Assembly (NCBI RefSeq): GCF_963921235.1 | Contig: NC_086098.1 | Coordinates: forward strand, 237,460,001 to 237,524,000 | Length of the DNA: 64,000 nt | Direction: 5' to 3' | From: Mobula hypostoma | Lineage: Eukaryota | Part shown: positions 26,987-40,030 of the stretch, piece after piece | Layout: each line of letters opens with the position of its first letter | Position numbering within the stretch: position 1 is the stretch's first letter | Made by a program: the position numbers and the translations under genes | Notes under the pieces: model-generated | What the model was told of the DNA's origin: nothing | Databases searched by the model: none | What the model saw: the letters and a program-made list of their open reading frames with translations, nothing else

Positions 26987-29603
26987 CCTGCCTACACGAA
27001 ACAAGACCTCATGGATCTACCCACGCTCTAATTATTGGCATCTTACCGACTATCTCATTGTCAGAAGAAAAGACAGGCACGATGTCAGAATCACCAAGGC
27101 CATGTGTCGTGCTGACTGCTGGACAGGTCATAGGCTCGTTGTCTGCAAAATGATGCTCCGCATCAGGCTGAAGAGCTGATCACAAGGAAGCAAGGCTATG
27201 AGAATAATTAACGTGGCCAGGCTGAATAATCCCAGCATAGCTTCAGCACTGGCTGAAGACTTAGAATCCAAGTTTGCTGACCTATACCTTGCAGGCAGCG
27301 CTGCAGACGACTGAGTACGCTTCAGGGATGATGTCCATTCATCTGCACTGATGATGCTAGGGCCCTCTACCGGTAAGCAGCAAGACTGGTTCGATAAGAA
27401 TGCTGAAGAGATACAGGTACTGCTTGCCGAAAAGCACTGCCTTCATCGTGCCCACCAGAACGACCCATCATCAGGTGCGAAGAAAAACGCATTTACCAGT
27501 GCTCGCAGGGCAGTCCAGAATAAACTGCGTGAAATGCAACATGCCTGGTGGAGTGCCAAGGCAGATGAAATACAGGGATACACTGACAGAAACGAATTGA
27601 AACGATTCTATGAAGCATTCAACACTCTCTACGGACCTCTGTCTCTCGGGCGATCCACCCTCCTGAGTGTAGATGGTAAAACTCTAATTACAGTGAAGGC
27701 TCAGATCCTGCAAATTTGGGCAGGATCTTTCAAGCCGTCCTCAACCCACCGTCATCAACTAACAATGAGGCAATAGACAGGATTCCCCAGGTCGACATCA
27801 ACAGCGCCATGGATGAACCGCCGGTAGCAGCCGAAGTCACGAAAGCTGTCAGCCAGCTATCCAGTGGAAAAGCCCCAGAGGCAGACGCCATACCTGAAGA
27901 GATCTACAAAGCTGGTGGTCCTGTACTTATAGATAAGCTCACCGAGTTGTTCCAGTCTTTTTGGAAGAAAGGATCCATTCCTCAGGAACTTAAAGATGCA
28001 TCCATCTTACACCTCTACAGGAAGATGGGCAATCACGGAGGAATCTCGTTGCTCTCCATCGCAGGAAAAAAAAACTCTTTCAAAAGTCCTGTTAAATCGT
28101 CTGGTCACTCATCTGGAGCAGGACCTGCTGCCAGAGTCACAGTGTGGCTTTCACAGAGGTCGTGGGACTATTGACATGATCTGTGCCGAGCGCCAACTTC
28201 AGGAGAAGTGTCAGGAGCAGAATTGTGAACTCTACACAACTTTTGTTGACCTCACGAAAGCCTTCGACATTGTCTGCCGACAAGGCCTGTGGAGGATCAT
28301 GTCAAAGTTCGGCTGCACAGCCAAATTCATTCAGATGGTGCGCCAGTTCCATGATGGCTTGATGGCCAGAGTGCTGGACGGCGGAGAATCTTCCAAGGTA
28401 TTCCCAGCCACCAGTGGCTTCAAACAAGGCTGTGTGCTCGCACCCACATTGTTCAGTATGATGTTTACTGCAATGTGGAATAATGCCTTCCAGGACAGTG
28501 ATGCTGGAATCAGCCTCAGGTACAGAGTGGATGGGAAGCTCTTCAACCTGAGGAGACTCCAAGCTATTACCAAGGTGAATGAGACTGTTTTGGGAGACTT
28601 CCTCTTTGCCGATGACTGCGCCCTGTATGCTGGTTCAGAGCGAAAGATGCAAGTCAATATGGACAAATTCTCCACGGCTCGTGACGACTTTCCACTCACC
28701 ATCAACATCAAAAAGACAGAAGTCATGCACGAGCCTGCTCCTCATGCACCGTACACAGAACCCAAAATCACAATCAAAGGACAGAAACTACAGGCAGTGG
28801 ATCAGTTTACTTACCTTGGAAGCACGTTCTTCCCAGCAGCGTCCATTGATCCAGAAGTTAACTGCTGAATAGAAAAGGCAAGTTCTGCTTTCGGCAGACT
28901 GCGCTCCACTGTATGGGAACGTCGAGAAATCAGCCCAGCAACAAAACTGAAGTTCTAAAGAGCAGTGGTAATCACTGCCCTCCCTTATGCCTGCGAAACG
29001 TGGACTGTGTATCGAAGGCATGCATGACAGCTTAACCATTTCCACATAACTTGTCTTCGCAGAATATTAGGCATCAGGTGGCAAGGCAAAGTGCCAGACA
29101 CTGACGTTCTCTCCAGAGCAAGTCTACCATCAGTCCACACATTGCTGATGAGAGCACAGACCCGGTGGGAAGATCATGTCATCCGCACGCCGGAATAGAG
29201 CATACCCAAGCAGCTCTTTTTGGGAACTCTGTGCTGGAAGACGCTCGCAGGGAGGGCAGAGGAAATTTTACAAAGACAAAACTGAGGGCCTCCCTGAAGT
29301 CGCTTGACGGAGACAGGAACACCTGGGAAATGCTGGCACAAAACCGCCCTATCTTGCGCGGCCTGATCCACAAGGTCTGCCAAGCTTACGAAGGAAGGCG
29401 TACAGCTGAAGCACATGAGTGCGAGCTACACAAGTCCAGAGCCACCAGCGCAATAACTGTAGTGCCTACACGTATCTGCCGAGCATGTACCAGGAAATTC
29501 CGTGCCCGAATTGTCCTGACCAGTCAACTTCGGACACATCACATCCAGTCTCAAAGTGGCGAATAGCGGCGAAGTCCTCATCGAGGACGAAGGGCGAACT
29601 TCA
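26987..29603 (+). mobile_element. RTE-clade (BovB-like) LINE, 5'-truncated, frameshifted
   Basis: QQDWFDKNAEEIQ, GKAPEADAIPEEIYK, LPESQCGFHRGRGT, FVDLTKAFD, GFKQGCVLAPTLF, FLFADDCAL, FTYLGS; C-terminal CRACTRKF...LRTH. Confidence 0.95.
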
Positions 29604-30560
29604 TAATCTTGTCAAGTTTATTTTGAATGACATGTGTTTTCTGTGTACTATGATTATTTAAATCAGACTCCACATTGACAATTATTGTGGAGTCCTGGTG
29701 TTTCGAGAAAGATTCGACTAACTGTTGCTCGGTCAAGCCACCGATGTTCTTTTGGAATTCTTATCTAAAACTGTCTCGATATGGAAATCCGTGGTTCGTA
29801 TGCACCTGAGTTCGGTCGTTCGTCAGCAGACATCGTGACAGTCTCATGGTTGGGGCTCGTTGCCTGGCTGTGGGTGGGGGGGGGGGGGGTGTCAAATAAC
29901 GAGATTGTTTCGTGCAAAATAATTTTCGAGACAAGTAGAAAGATAACGAGTGCAAATGATTGAATCGGTATACGGATCTGATACTGTCTTACTGAAAGGC
30001 ACATGGTGTTGAAACTATTCATAAGGTGCAGAGTACAGTTTCTTTTTCGAGGACTCAGTTATTCATTCAATATTATCCAATATGTGCAACCAACGGTCTT
30101 TATGCCTGGAATTCTCAGGGTATATTTCAAAATGACAAATGGTTGCACTGCTCTCAGTAAAAGGGTAAGCAAATGTGGGGGAGGTGGGGCAGAGAATTCA
30201 GCTGCTCGAAGTACTACTGGTGAACATGTGGTGGCAGTAGAGAACCAGCGGTGACCGGAGTATGTCCTAACTTGCCAAAGCAGCGTCAGCATCGCAAAAT
30301 AGCAGCAGATTTTCATTTCGATGGCTCCTATTAGAATTTCAGCAGCTCAACAAGAGCTTTACACCCAGTAATTCAATGATGTACTCATTCCTGTAATGTA
30401 TTATGCAGGGCATCATGTGCCTGACCGGGTGATCTGTTTTGCTGAAGTTTTGGGGGGATCGCAGTTAACACTGCTCACAGTGCTCCACTTTCGTTAATAC
30501 AAGTTAAGTATTGAGTGCAATTGAGAGATTTAGGAATTCAATAGTTCCACCTTACAGAAA

Positions 30561-31025
30561 TACACTCAGTGGCCACTTATTATGTACACCTATATACCCG
30601 ACTATTAATGTAAATATCTAATAAGACAATCACATGGCCATAACTCTCTCTATATATATAAAGGTTGCATACATGGTCAAGAGGAACAGTTGCTGTTTAG
30701 ACCACACACTGTATTGGGAAGAAAAGTGCTAGAAAAGTGCTCTAGGTGAATTTGACTGGAATCACTGTTGATGCCAGACGGAGCGCTTCGGGTATATCTG
30801 ATACCAATAGTCTCCTGGAATTTTCACGCACAACTGTTACTAGAGTTTACAGAGAATGCTGCGAAAAACAAGCAAATAAACAAAAGATAAAAACATCCAG
30901 TGAGTAGCAGTTCTGTGTGCTGATAAGCCTTGTTAATGAGAGAGGTCAGAGGAGCACAATGATGCAGAAGTGCATCTCTGAAGGCAGAATATCTCGAAAA
31001 ACAGCAGAAGGGCATGAACATACAG
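30561..31025 (+). mobile_element. Tc1-derived non-autonomous element with left terminal repeat
   Basis: Starts tacactcagtggccactt; transposase remnant as at 26490; a further fragment at 44990-45230. Confidence 0.75.
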
Positions 31026-31904
31026 GTGGTATCTCATAAAGTGGTAGGAGTACAGATTAGCATTATATTTACTCCAGTGTCTCTTCCTGGTCCCTCTATT
31101 TACGACAGCCATCTAATAATTCGCTGATTTGAATAAATCTCGGATATGCCAATGGGAACATATTCGTGCCTTAACAGTTCACGTGATCCAAGTGAAAGAT
31201 GTTACCCAGAACTGATACACAGGTGCAGAAAGGTAACATGGGCAGAGCTGGAAGCCATTCAGAAAAATATGAGCTGATATAAACCAGTCCCCAACACCGG
31301 TAGTGTAATCTCCTGAGTCAGATACATGCACAGTTTGTTCTTACAACCCACAGGACCTGTTTCATGGGGAGTAGCAAAGGGATTCGGCTATTACAGACTG
31401 CAACTGAGGGTGAGACGGAGGTATTCAGTTCGTCAAGAACTGTGGAGCGAGGAAATATTTGAGTCCCTTCCGTCACCAGCTCATTACGGGGAAGAGGAGA
31501 AGCAGCTTATTTCCACCATATGCATCACAATGAGGTGTGGACTTCTTTGCCACGAAAAGCTGTGAAAGCTTCATCATTAAGTTATATAAAGCGGAGGTTA
31601 AGAAGGTCTTGTTTAGTAAGGGCGTCAAAGATTCAATTAGAAGATAGGGGATAGTTTGGGAAGGATAATAAATAAGCCATGATGGAATGACGTGTCAAAT
31701 GTGATGGGCTGAATGACCAAATACAGCTCCTATGTTTCATGCTTTAAGATTAAGAAGTACTTCCGAATTGTCCCAGTACGCATTTGCACTGCTTAAAACA
31801 ATACCTATCTCGATCACATCTTCCCCAAATATGAAGTATGCTTGAATTAGCAGAAGACGACAAAATATGATAAACCATCATGCAGGAAAGAAACAAGCAG
31901 CAAT

Positions 31905-33253
31905 GCACACAAAATGCTGAAGGAGCTCAGCAGGCTAGCAGCGTCTGTGGAAAAGTGTGCAGTTGACGTTTCGGGCTGAGACGCTTTATCAGGACTAGAG
32001 AACATGTTGTGTCTTCAGAGTCAGATGGTGGGGGGAGGGGAGGTAAAAACACAACGTGATGAGTGAATCCGGAGTGGAGGGCGAGGATTGTTTCGTAAAG
32101 AGCTGGGAAGTTGATTGGTGAAAGTTATACAGGACTGGAGAAGGGGAAATCTGATAAGAGACGACAGAAGGCCATGAAGGAAAGAACAGGGGGAGGAGCA
32201 CCAGATGGAGGTGATAGAAAGGTAAGGAGATATGGTGAGAGAGGGAAATAGGGATGGAGACTGGTGAAGGAGAGAGAGGGGGGCATCTGTAAGTTCAAGA
32301 AATGGATGTTCATGCCACCAGCATGGATGCTTCTCGGGCGGAAGGTAAAGGCTTTGCACCTCCAGCCTGGGTGTGGCCTCATCACAACAGTGGAGGAGGC
32401 CATGGACTGACATGTCGAGATTGTATTGGGAAGTGGAATTGAGCCACTGGGGTACCCAGCTTTTTCTAGCGGATGTGCTCGGGGAAACTATCTCCCAATC
32501 TACTTCGGGTTTCAGCGATATACAGGAGGCTACACTGGGAGTTCCGGATACACGATATGGGCCCAGCAGACCTACAGATGAAATATCGCCTCACCTGGAA
32601 GGACTTTTTGTGGCCCTGAATGGTAGTGCGAGAGGAGGAGTAGGGGCAGGCGCATCTTGTTCCGCTCACAAGGATATGTGCCATGAGGGAGATCATTGGA
32701 GAGGGACGAAGGGTCAAGGAAGCCGCAGAGGGAACGATCACTGTGGAAAGCAGAAAAGGGAGAGGGGAAGAGGGAAATGTGCTTGGTGTTGGAATCCCGT
32801 AGGAGATGGCGGAAGTTACGGAGAAGCGTATAGGACGCGGAAGCTGGTTGGGTGATAGGTGAGGATAAGATAAACCTATCCCTGGTAGGGTGGCGCGAGA
32901 ATGGGGTGAAGAATGAAGTGATGCGGTTGAGGGCAGTGTTGATGGTGGAGGTAGGGAAGCTCCTTTATTTGAAGAAATAGTACATCTCCATCGTTCTCAT
33001 CCTGAGAAGATGCGGCGGAGACGGGGGATTCGAGAGAAGAGAATGGCACTTTTACAAGTAATGGAGTGGGAAGAGTCTAAGTAGCTGTGAGAGTCAGTGG
33101 GTTTATAATAGATATCAGTAGATAAGCTGTCTCCAAAGATTGAGACAGAGAGATCAAGAAAGAAAAGGAGAGGTCGGAAATAGACAAGGTAAATTTGAGG
33201 GCAGGGTGGAAGTAGGACGTAAAGTTGATGAGGTTGGCGAACTCTACAAACAC
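31905..33253 (-). mobile_element. Penelope-like element, 5'-truncated: RT C-terminus, GIY-YIG endonuclease and terminal repeat
   Basis: FHPALKFT, FLDLSVSIFGDSLSTDIYYKPTDSHSYL, RLRRI; SFQVRRYFIC...CSLLYIAETRSRLGDSFPEH. Confidence 0.92.
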
Positions 33254-34561
33254 GAAGTATGCCTGAATTAGTAGAAGACGACAAAGTGTGATCACCCTTC
33301 AGGCAGGAAAGAGATAAACAGTCAATGAATGGCTGAACGGATGTATCGAAGTGAAGGAGGGCACCAGTCTAGAATATAGTCCTTTTGGTAAACTCGGAAT
33401 TTGTGAATGAACTTCTTGGTGTTCACCAAGACTTTAGCAAGATCCTAGTCAATGATTCGTATAGTCAGGTATAGGGAATTGCGTGGGATCCTGGACCAGC
33501 CATGTTGGAATGGCGGAGCAGACACGATTGGCCGAAAGGCTTACTCCTGCTCCTATGTCTTGTGGTCTTATGTTAATCTCCACCCACCGGGTGTCCACAT
33601 CTATATTATTATGCAAGTACATTTTCCAAGCAAAACAAAACATCAAGAAAAGTAGAGAATTCTGGTAACCCTCGGAGGATCAAGCAGCGGCAACAGAGTT
33701 CGCCGATGTTACCTGGTGACGCATCAATGGCTATGGATTTTAGCTGTAGCAGTCCTAAATGGGATTTTTTATTATTACCATCGGAGATGCTCGCAAAAAT
33801 ACGCCATTTATCCGCGGCATCTGAGGCCATCTTGAAGACGGGTTGCTCCACTTTATAACCCTCAGTGGCCTAAATATATTTGCCTTCACTTACGTCTTGA
33901 AGTTCAAGTTCAGATTCATAGCCGTTTAATCAGACGAACTTTAGTTCCTCCGGACTAAGGTGCACAACAAGGTGCATATGATTCACAAACAACACAGAAA
34001 ATAATGTTAACACGAATAACTTAAAACATAATGATAGAAATTCCAGAAAATTAACATTCAGCATAAGGTGCATTTACGAACCAATCAGAAACCAAGCCGT
34101 GTGATGCTATTGAGACTGCAGACATGATGAGATCTGGGTGGTCGAAGGGAGTTCAGCAGTCTCACGTCCTGGGGAAGAAGTTGTTCCCCATCTGAAAAGT
34201 CCTTGTCCTAATGCTCTGGTACTTCCTGTCTTATGCTGGGGATTCAAATAGGGGATAATAGGGGTTGTAGGAAAGTGCATTCAACATTGTTTCGTTGTTA
34301 CAGACTGCATCCCGGTGTATGGCTGTCTACTATCGCCACCACATTATTAGTGCTCACCTTTCCAGTGGGCAGTCTTAAGGTTTTATACCCAGTATTATTT
34401 GTAATTCAGTAAACCATAATGTTTAAATGTTTATTGCAAATGTGCAACAAATCCTCTCTGCACGTGTATTTCAGGGGCTTTTCAATAAAGGCTATGAACA
34501 TGTTCATGAAATTTTCCAATTATCTACAGTACCCACATAGCAGTTATCGAGTTTAACGTGC

Positions 34562-35082
34562 TCTCAGGACGCTGGAATAGGGATCCATTCTCAGACCCAT
34601 TGCTGTTCATATAGTGATATTAATTGAGTAACAATGCCTGATTCAAACAAAGTCGGCGTTAACGTTCAGGCAGAGGTCTAATCATCCAGAGAAATCCAAA
34701 ATGTGGAATCGAGAAACAGGCAGAGTCGATATTTCAGATGGTGAGAGTATAGATACCAATGCTGGAAAGGCTCAGGAAAATTCACTGGCATAACCTGACA
34801 ACAAACAGGTGAAAACACAGGACTAAAATACACTGAGCAATAAACAGAGAGGCAGATGATAGGTGAAGCACAATGAGACAGAAGTGGCGGCAAAACAGGT
34901 AATAATGAGAAACAGGTGAGAGGCGGAGTACTCAGTAGTACAGGGGCTGGAGCAGAGCAGGAGCGGGGACAGGGGCATTTGGGGCATGAAAACAAACAAG
35001 AGCACATGTTAATACAAAATCACAGACTGAGGGCTCGGGGAAAAACACACAAAAAGACAAAGTTCAACTGGAGATAATGACA
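34562..35082. mobile_element. Solo-LTR-like insertion, 521 bp
   Basis: Ends tctca (decayed tgtca)...tgaca; flanks cgtgc/ggtgc; absent at the paralogous site near 4390. Confidence 0.65.
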
Positions 35083-35348
35083 GGTGCTGCATCCTCTAGG
35101 TTCTCTGGTTTCTTTCTACAGTCAAAAGAATTACCTGTTAGTAGGTTAGTTGGTTATTGCAAATTGTCCTCTGATTGCAATTGGGTCAAAACAGTGAGAT
35201 GCTAGGCGGCGCGTCTCGTTCGGCCAGAAAGTTGTGTTACGTACTGTATCGCTGAATGAATAAATAAATGAATAAGTTAGTAGACAGATAGATGCATAGA
35301 TAGACAGACAGTTAGATAGACAGATATAAAGACAGATAGAGAGGTGAA

Positions 35349-36586
35349 TATTATGGTCCGGTCCGTGAAGTCCGCATTCTGGATCACGGTCCTGCCCATG
35401 AATCCTTATTCTAGGTTTTCCGGTTTTCTCTTGTCCTGTTGTGTGCCTTAATTGAGGCACGTGATTCTCATTTTGGTCTGGCTACATAAATAGCTCCTGA
35501 GTTCAACTTCATTGGCTAGACTGTTCGCTTCCCTTCCTTTCCCTTCCTTCTGTAGCCCTTGGTTGTAGCCTCGCCTACTACCTTTTGACTGAAGCCTCGC
35601 CTGCTACCTTTCGCCTGAAGCCTCGCCTTCTTCCTTTCGTCTGAAACCTCGTCTGAAGCTTCGCCTGCGTTCTCTCCGTCAAGTTCTACCACCGGAGCAA
35701 GACCGGAGCCCTGCTGTGTCTAGATAAGGAACTGTCTTTCGTTGTTTGCAACTGTCTCCGTGTCCACGCCTTCGCTAGGTAGGTCTGGCCGTTTGCCACA
35801 AATTTGTGTTGGGAACAGTCTCTCTGTCCATGCCTTCGCTATGTAGGTCCGGCCGTTTGCAGCAACCTAGTGTTGGGAACCGTCTCATCGTGTTCAGCAT
35901 TCTGCGTACGAGTCCCAACCCTACGTCCTGTTCCCAAAGAGGAGTCCTTGCTCTGTTTTCTGTCTATGAGTCCCGGCCCTAAGTCCTGTTTCCAAGGAGG
36001 GTCCCGGCTCTGTGTTCCATGTTCCTGTCTCTCAAGACCAAGGCTTTGCGTTCTGCCTTCCTGTCCCTCAAGACCAAGGCTCTATGTTCTGCGCTTCTGT
36101 CTCCCATGATTACCGAGGCTCTGTGCTCTGCGTACCTGTCTCTGAAGACTAAGGCTCTGTGTTCTGTGTTCGATTCTCCCAAGTCCAAGTCTTAGCTTCG
36201 TGTCCTCATCCAGTTCTGGTCCCGCGTCCTGCCCAGGAGTCCTGCGTCCTGCCGCCACGTCCAGTCCTGTTGCCTTGCCACGTCTTGTCCTCGCCTAGAT
36301 CGGAAGTCCAAGCCCGCGTCTAGACACAGGTTCCGCGGTCCTGTCAAGTCTCTGGCTCGGAGTCCTTGTCCAGGTTCCAAGTTGCTTGTTCCTTGTCCAG
36401 GTCCTGCTTTCCTAGTCCAGTCCTAGCCCATGCCCTGTATACTTATCTCGGCCTGGGCCTGTGGCTTGTCCAGCGTCGTTTCTTCCCTACTTTCCTTGCT
36501 TTCTCGACACACCTAGTCCTGTTCCTAGTACTTAAGTGTTTGCGGCTTGTATTTGGGTCCGCTCACCAGCGCCCCCCTATATGATA
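35349..36586 (+). mobile_element. Solo-LTR-like insertion, about 1.24 kb, with internal tandem repeats
   Basis: Absent in arm 1 (near 4115). TATA-like cataaatag near 35486; gaagcctcgcc repeats 35560-35670; about 35-37-bp ccaaggctctgtgttct repeats 35990-36180; 3' end tttgggtccgc...tgata. No clear TSD. Confidence 0.6.
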
Positions 36587-38198
36587 CTAAAAGAATAAAT
36601 ATCAAATAAATACATGTTGTCGCCAAAAACGTGGTGACACTTCCGTTCTGACCCCAGTACAATCCTAATGGATTTGATTTGACGCAAACTGCATTGTTTG
36701 TTTCTATGTATGCCGAATAAATCTAATGTTTTAAAATATTTAATGTATTCTATTTTATCTTCATTGATTGTTCTGTTTTTAGTGTTTTATAATGCGCTTG
36801 ACTGTCCCAGTATTTACAAAGCTGTTTAAAAATGTTAAAAATGTTAATTGCTCCAGTGAACCAAGTGTGGTCGTCATTTTTCCGATCGTTCATTTGACTT
36901 CTATCCTATGGACAGGATTTATTTTCTCGAACGTCGCCCACGTTTCCCTGTATAAATCCATAAATAGTGTTATTAGCACGGTCCAGGAACAGGTTGACGC
37001 CATCCAACCAACATTAAAATCTAATTAATGACGAAGTTAGATTTCTACACCAAATTCTTGAAAAAAATGAACAGGTCAGACAACCGTAAATGATTTTGTG
37101 AAATGTTACTGAAGTCGCTGGGTGTGCGTGGCTAACACTTGCAGTCGTCTTATCAGTCACACCCTCTATAAAGACCACGCTATTGATAAGACAAGATTTA
37201 AATTTAACATAATTAAAAGGGGGCTCTGTAGTCATCTCACACTTGTTTCGCACTTCAGCAACTCTCTCCCATCTGACAATTACAGTCTTAGATCCCGCAC
37301 TACAAGTTTCAGAAAGAGTTCAATCATCAGGCCCCTGAACCAAAGCAGATGACTTTAATCACTGCACCTCTGAACTGATTCCACGATCTATAGACTCACT
37401 TTAAAACTCATGTCCTCAGTTTTATTTATGGATTTATACGTTATTCCTTAATATCTGTTTGTTTGTTTATTTATTTATGATTGTTTGAATGTAATTGATT
37501 TATCTATTTTTGCATGTTTTTTATTTATTTATCTGTCTATTTTTCTATCTATCCATTTATTTATTCGCGGTTATTCGTCTTTGTGTTTCTCATTCTTTGT
37601 GTGTAGATTTTCGTTGCATCTATTCTACTTCTTTATTCTTCTGTGAATACCTGTAAGAACAAGAGACTCATGGTCGCATATGAAGACGTATACATACTTT
37701 AATAACAAATTTATCTTTAACTTCGACTATAACTATGAGTTATAGAAGCTAATGTGTGGGAGTGGGTGTGGCGGGTGGTGGCGTTGATATCAGGGTGGGA
37801 AGTGAGGCCGATGGTCTTCATTCAGGAACTAACGGATTCGATGGAGAGAATGGTCACGTCACGGGGAAACATCCCTACAGTGTAACACTCCCAATTATGG
37901 TAAGACGCTGGCAATAAGGCAGTGGGAATGTTGATCTCCCCCAACAGGGATGGTTGTAAATGAAGAGCAGAGTGCAGGATGACGAGGAATAGAAGGGTCC
38001 AGTGAATGCGGTATGAGTGCTGACGGACAAAGAAAGCTCAGGAAACAGAGAGTAGAAAGCGGAATAAGATTTTGGAGTCGATAGAATTTCAATTCTGATT
38101 GAGGCTGCGAGACGGCACGTTGACCACGACCATTCCCCCCAACATACTGCCATTGCCAAGTAAAGACAAGACACGATAAATCTACCGCTGTTTCCTCT

Positions 38199-38204
38199 TT
38201 TATT
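38199..38204 (-). promoter_or_regulatory. Polyadenylation signal of the intact light-chain gene
   Basis: AATAAA on the minus strand about 290 nt past the stop; conserved in copy 1. Confidence 0.6.
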
Positions 38205-38491
38205 TAGAGTATTGTCACACAAATTCCAAACACATATGGGAGATCGCTCCTGAGTCTACACACAGCGGTAGTTCAGACACAGCACAGTGGGGACAATTCT
38301 ACACAAAATTATTTCGCAAAAGATGGATTATTAAAGCCAACTTTTCTGAAATCATTAAACATTCTGATTGTTTGCATAGGCGAACATTGCTACACAATTA
38401 CATTGCCTTGGGCTGCCTTACAGATCCAATGATTGCTTCACTGCACTAAACAAGAGCAAACAATCCACGTGAGCTGCCAGCCGGCACACTC

Positions 38492-38820
38492 TCACTGCGC
38501 ACAGGCGGACGAAGAGATGGTGTTGCGCAGCGGCGAGCTCAGTGAGCTGTGGCTCACGCTGCAGGAATAACTCGAGCCCTTGTTCCAGGCAGCGGTGGTT
38601 ACCCGCAGGTAACTGCTCAGCCTGTAGGTCTGTTCAGTGTCCAGGGAGACAGCGCCTGTTGTCACGCCGCTCTCCGTCTGGACTCCATCGACAGTCCAGC
38701 GCAGCGCTACCAAGCCCGGCTTAAAGCCACTCACCAGACAGGAGAGAGTGGCCGAACCCCTGCCGGTCTCCTCCGGAGAGGGAGGGAGCAGAAGAACTGA
38801 GAGCTCCCAGGATTCGCTAC
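38492..38820 (-). CDS. Ig light-chain constant exon (type I/NS5/sigma-cart-like), open
   Basis: Acceptor cacag. (S)SESWELSVLLLPPSPEETGRGSATLSCLVSGFKPGLVALRWTVDG...YRLSSYLRVTTAAWNKGSSYSCSVSHSSLSSPLRNTISSSACAQ*. C1-set Cys/Trp/Cys and the near-terminal Cys used for the heavy-chain bond. Confidence 0.96.
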
Positions 38821-39729
38821 CTGTGTGAGAGAGGAGACGGAGAGAAATAAGAACAATGTTATTTCATGGACTGTTCAGAGATCGAAACACCAGCGCCGAA
38901 ATTAACACAGGCATTGGGATACAGTATACGGCACATTTGACCACTCGGGTACAAACCTTTAAATGAAGAGTTGCCCGGATTATTCGCAGCCTTGCGCGGC
39001 TACGACTTGACTTCATTTATTTCAAAGAATGTTTTTGAATCCACTCAATTCTCGGCACTGCATTGTGTTAAATGATAACTTCAAATCTACTCGACCACTT
39101 CGCTAATTCCCCGTACTGTGCCTATATGATTAGTCCCATTTGTGAGATCATTTCGTTGTTGTTCTCCAGTAACTCCCGAAATCCTGACATCTTAGGACAA
39201 TAACTAAGAATATTACACATTCAGTTGATGATAGAATGAAGGCTCCTTGGGGTGTCCCGAGTTCGGGGAAGCTCAGTGAATATCCAAGACTCAGTACCCA
39301 GTGACTGAAGAGGAAATGATGGAGAAAAAGAACAAGCCTGTGAACCGGTGAGAAGCGGGATGAGGTGAAACTGCTCGTTCAGACTCAGATTGCATTCCGA
39401 ACCCCAAGTAACCCGTCTATTGCCGCTCGACTCTGTGACCAGCCTGTTTTCTACCGAGCACCTACTCCTAGTTTGTATTGTTTTTAAAGGCTGGTGTACT
39501 TCTCCTGGGTTTTCTACAATCACAATGGCACGGTTCTTAATCACAAACTGTGAATTGCATTAACGTCAAGCGGTGAACAACCTGCCCTATGTCCCGGATT
39601 TACCGCTCCCAGAAATATTAAGGAATATTCGCCACAAACATGCTCTCAGAAGTGATGGATGAAGCGGTAAGGGTAAATGTCATGCTTGTGGTAACAATCA
39701 TTTTCCCAATTATGTGTGAACATTATTCA

Positions 39730-40030
39730 AGAAAATATGGGAGGTAGCGATAGAATCGATAGTCAAGATGTCTTCCCCGGGGCAGAACTCTAAGCCTAGA
39801 GTTGGAAAATTTACAGGAGGAATTCGGTGAATGTTTACTTTTTGTACAGAGTGGAGGGTGCATGAGGTGAAGGCGGCAGATACGGTAGGGTAGTTTACGA
39901 AGCTGTTGGACGGACACATGAGTGTGCAGAGAATGGAGGGATATGGAATCTGTGTCGATAGTAGGGATTGGTTTAATTCGACATCATAGAGGGGCCGCTG
40001 TAATAAACTATTAAATGGTTCTCTGGTACG
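39730..40030 (+). mobile_element. Old CR1 3' fragment in the J-C intron; a Rex1-type tail follows at about 40050-40225
   Basis: Decayed aaaatatgggagg...gatagaatcgatagtcaaga...tgtacagagtggaggg sequence. Confidence 0.6.

Larger units (their letters stand above)
33460..39745 (-). repeat. Arm 2 of the inverted segmental duplication
   Basis: See arm 1; longer because of two insertions (34562-35082, 35349-36586). Confidence 0.92.

Noticed and set aside
24567-28726. Long antisense ORFs overlapping CR1 and RTE coding regions
   Set aside because: Shadow frames of LINE ORF2, with no independent evidence.
29870-29889. Long G run (possible G-quadruplex) and the (GGT)n run at about 18905-18940
   Set aside because: Ordinary simple repeats with no contextual support.
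35990-36180. Tandem units of about 35-37 bp that superficially resemble a CRISPR array
   Set aside because: No unique spacers, no cas genes, vertebrate context; these are internal repeats of an LTR-like insert.
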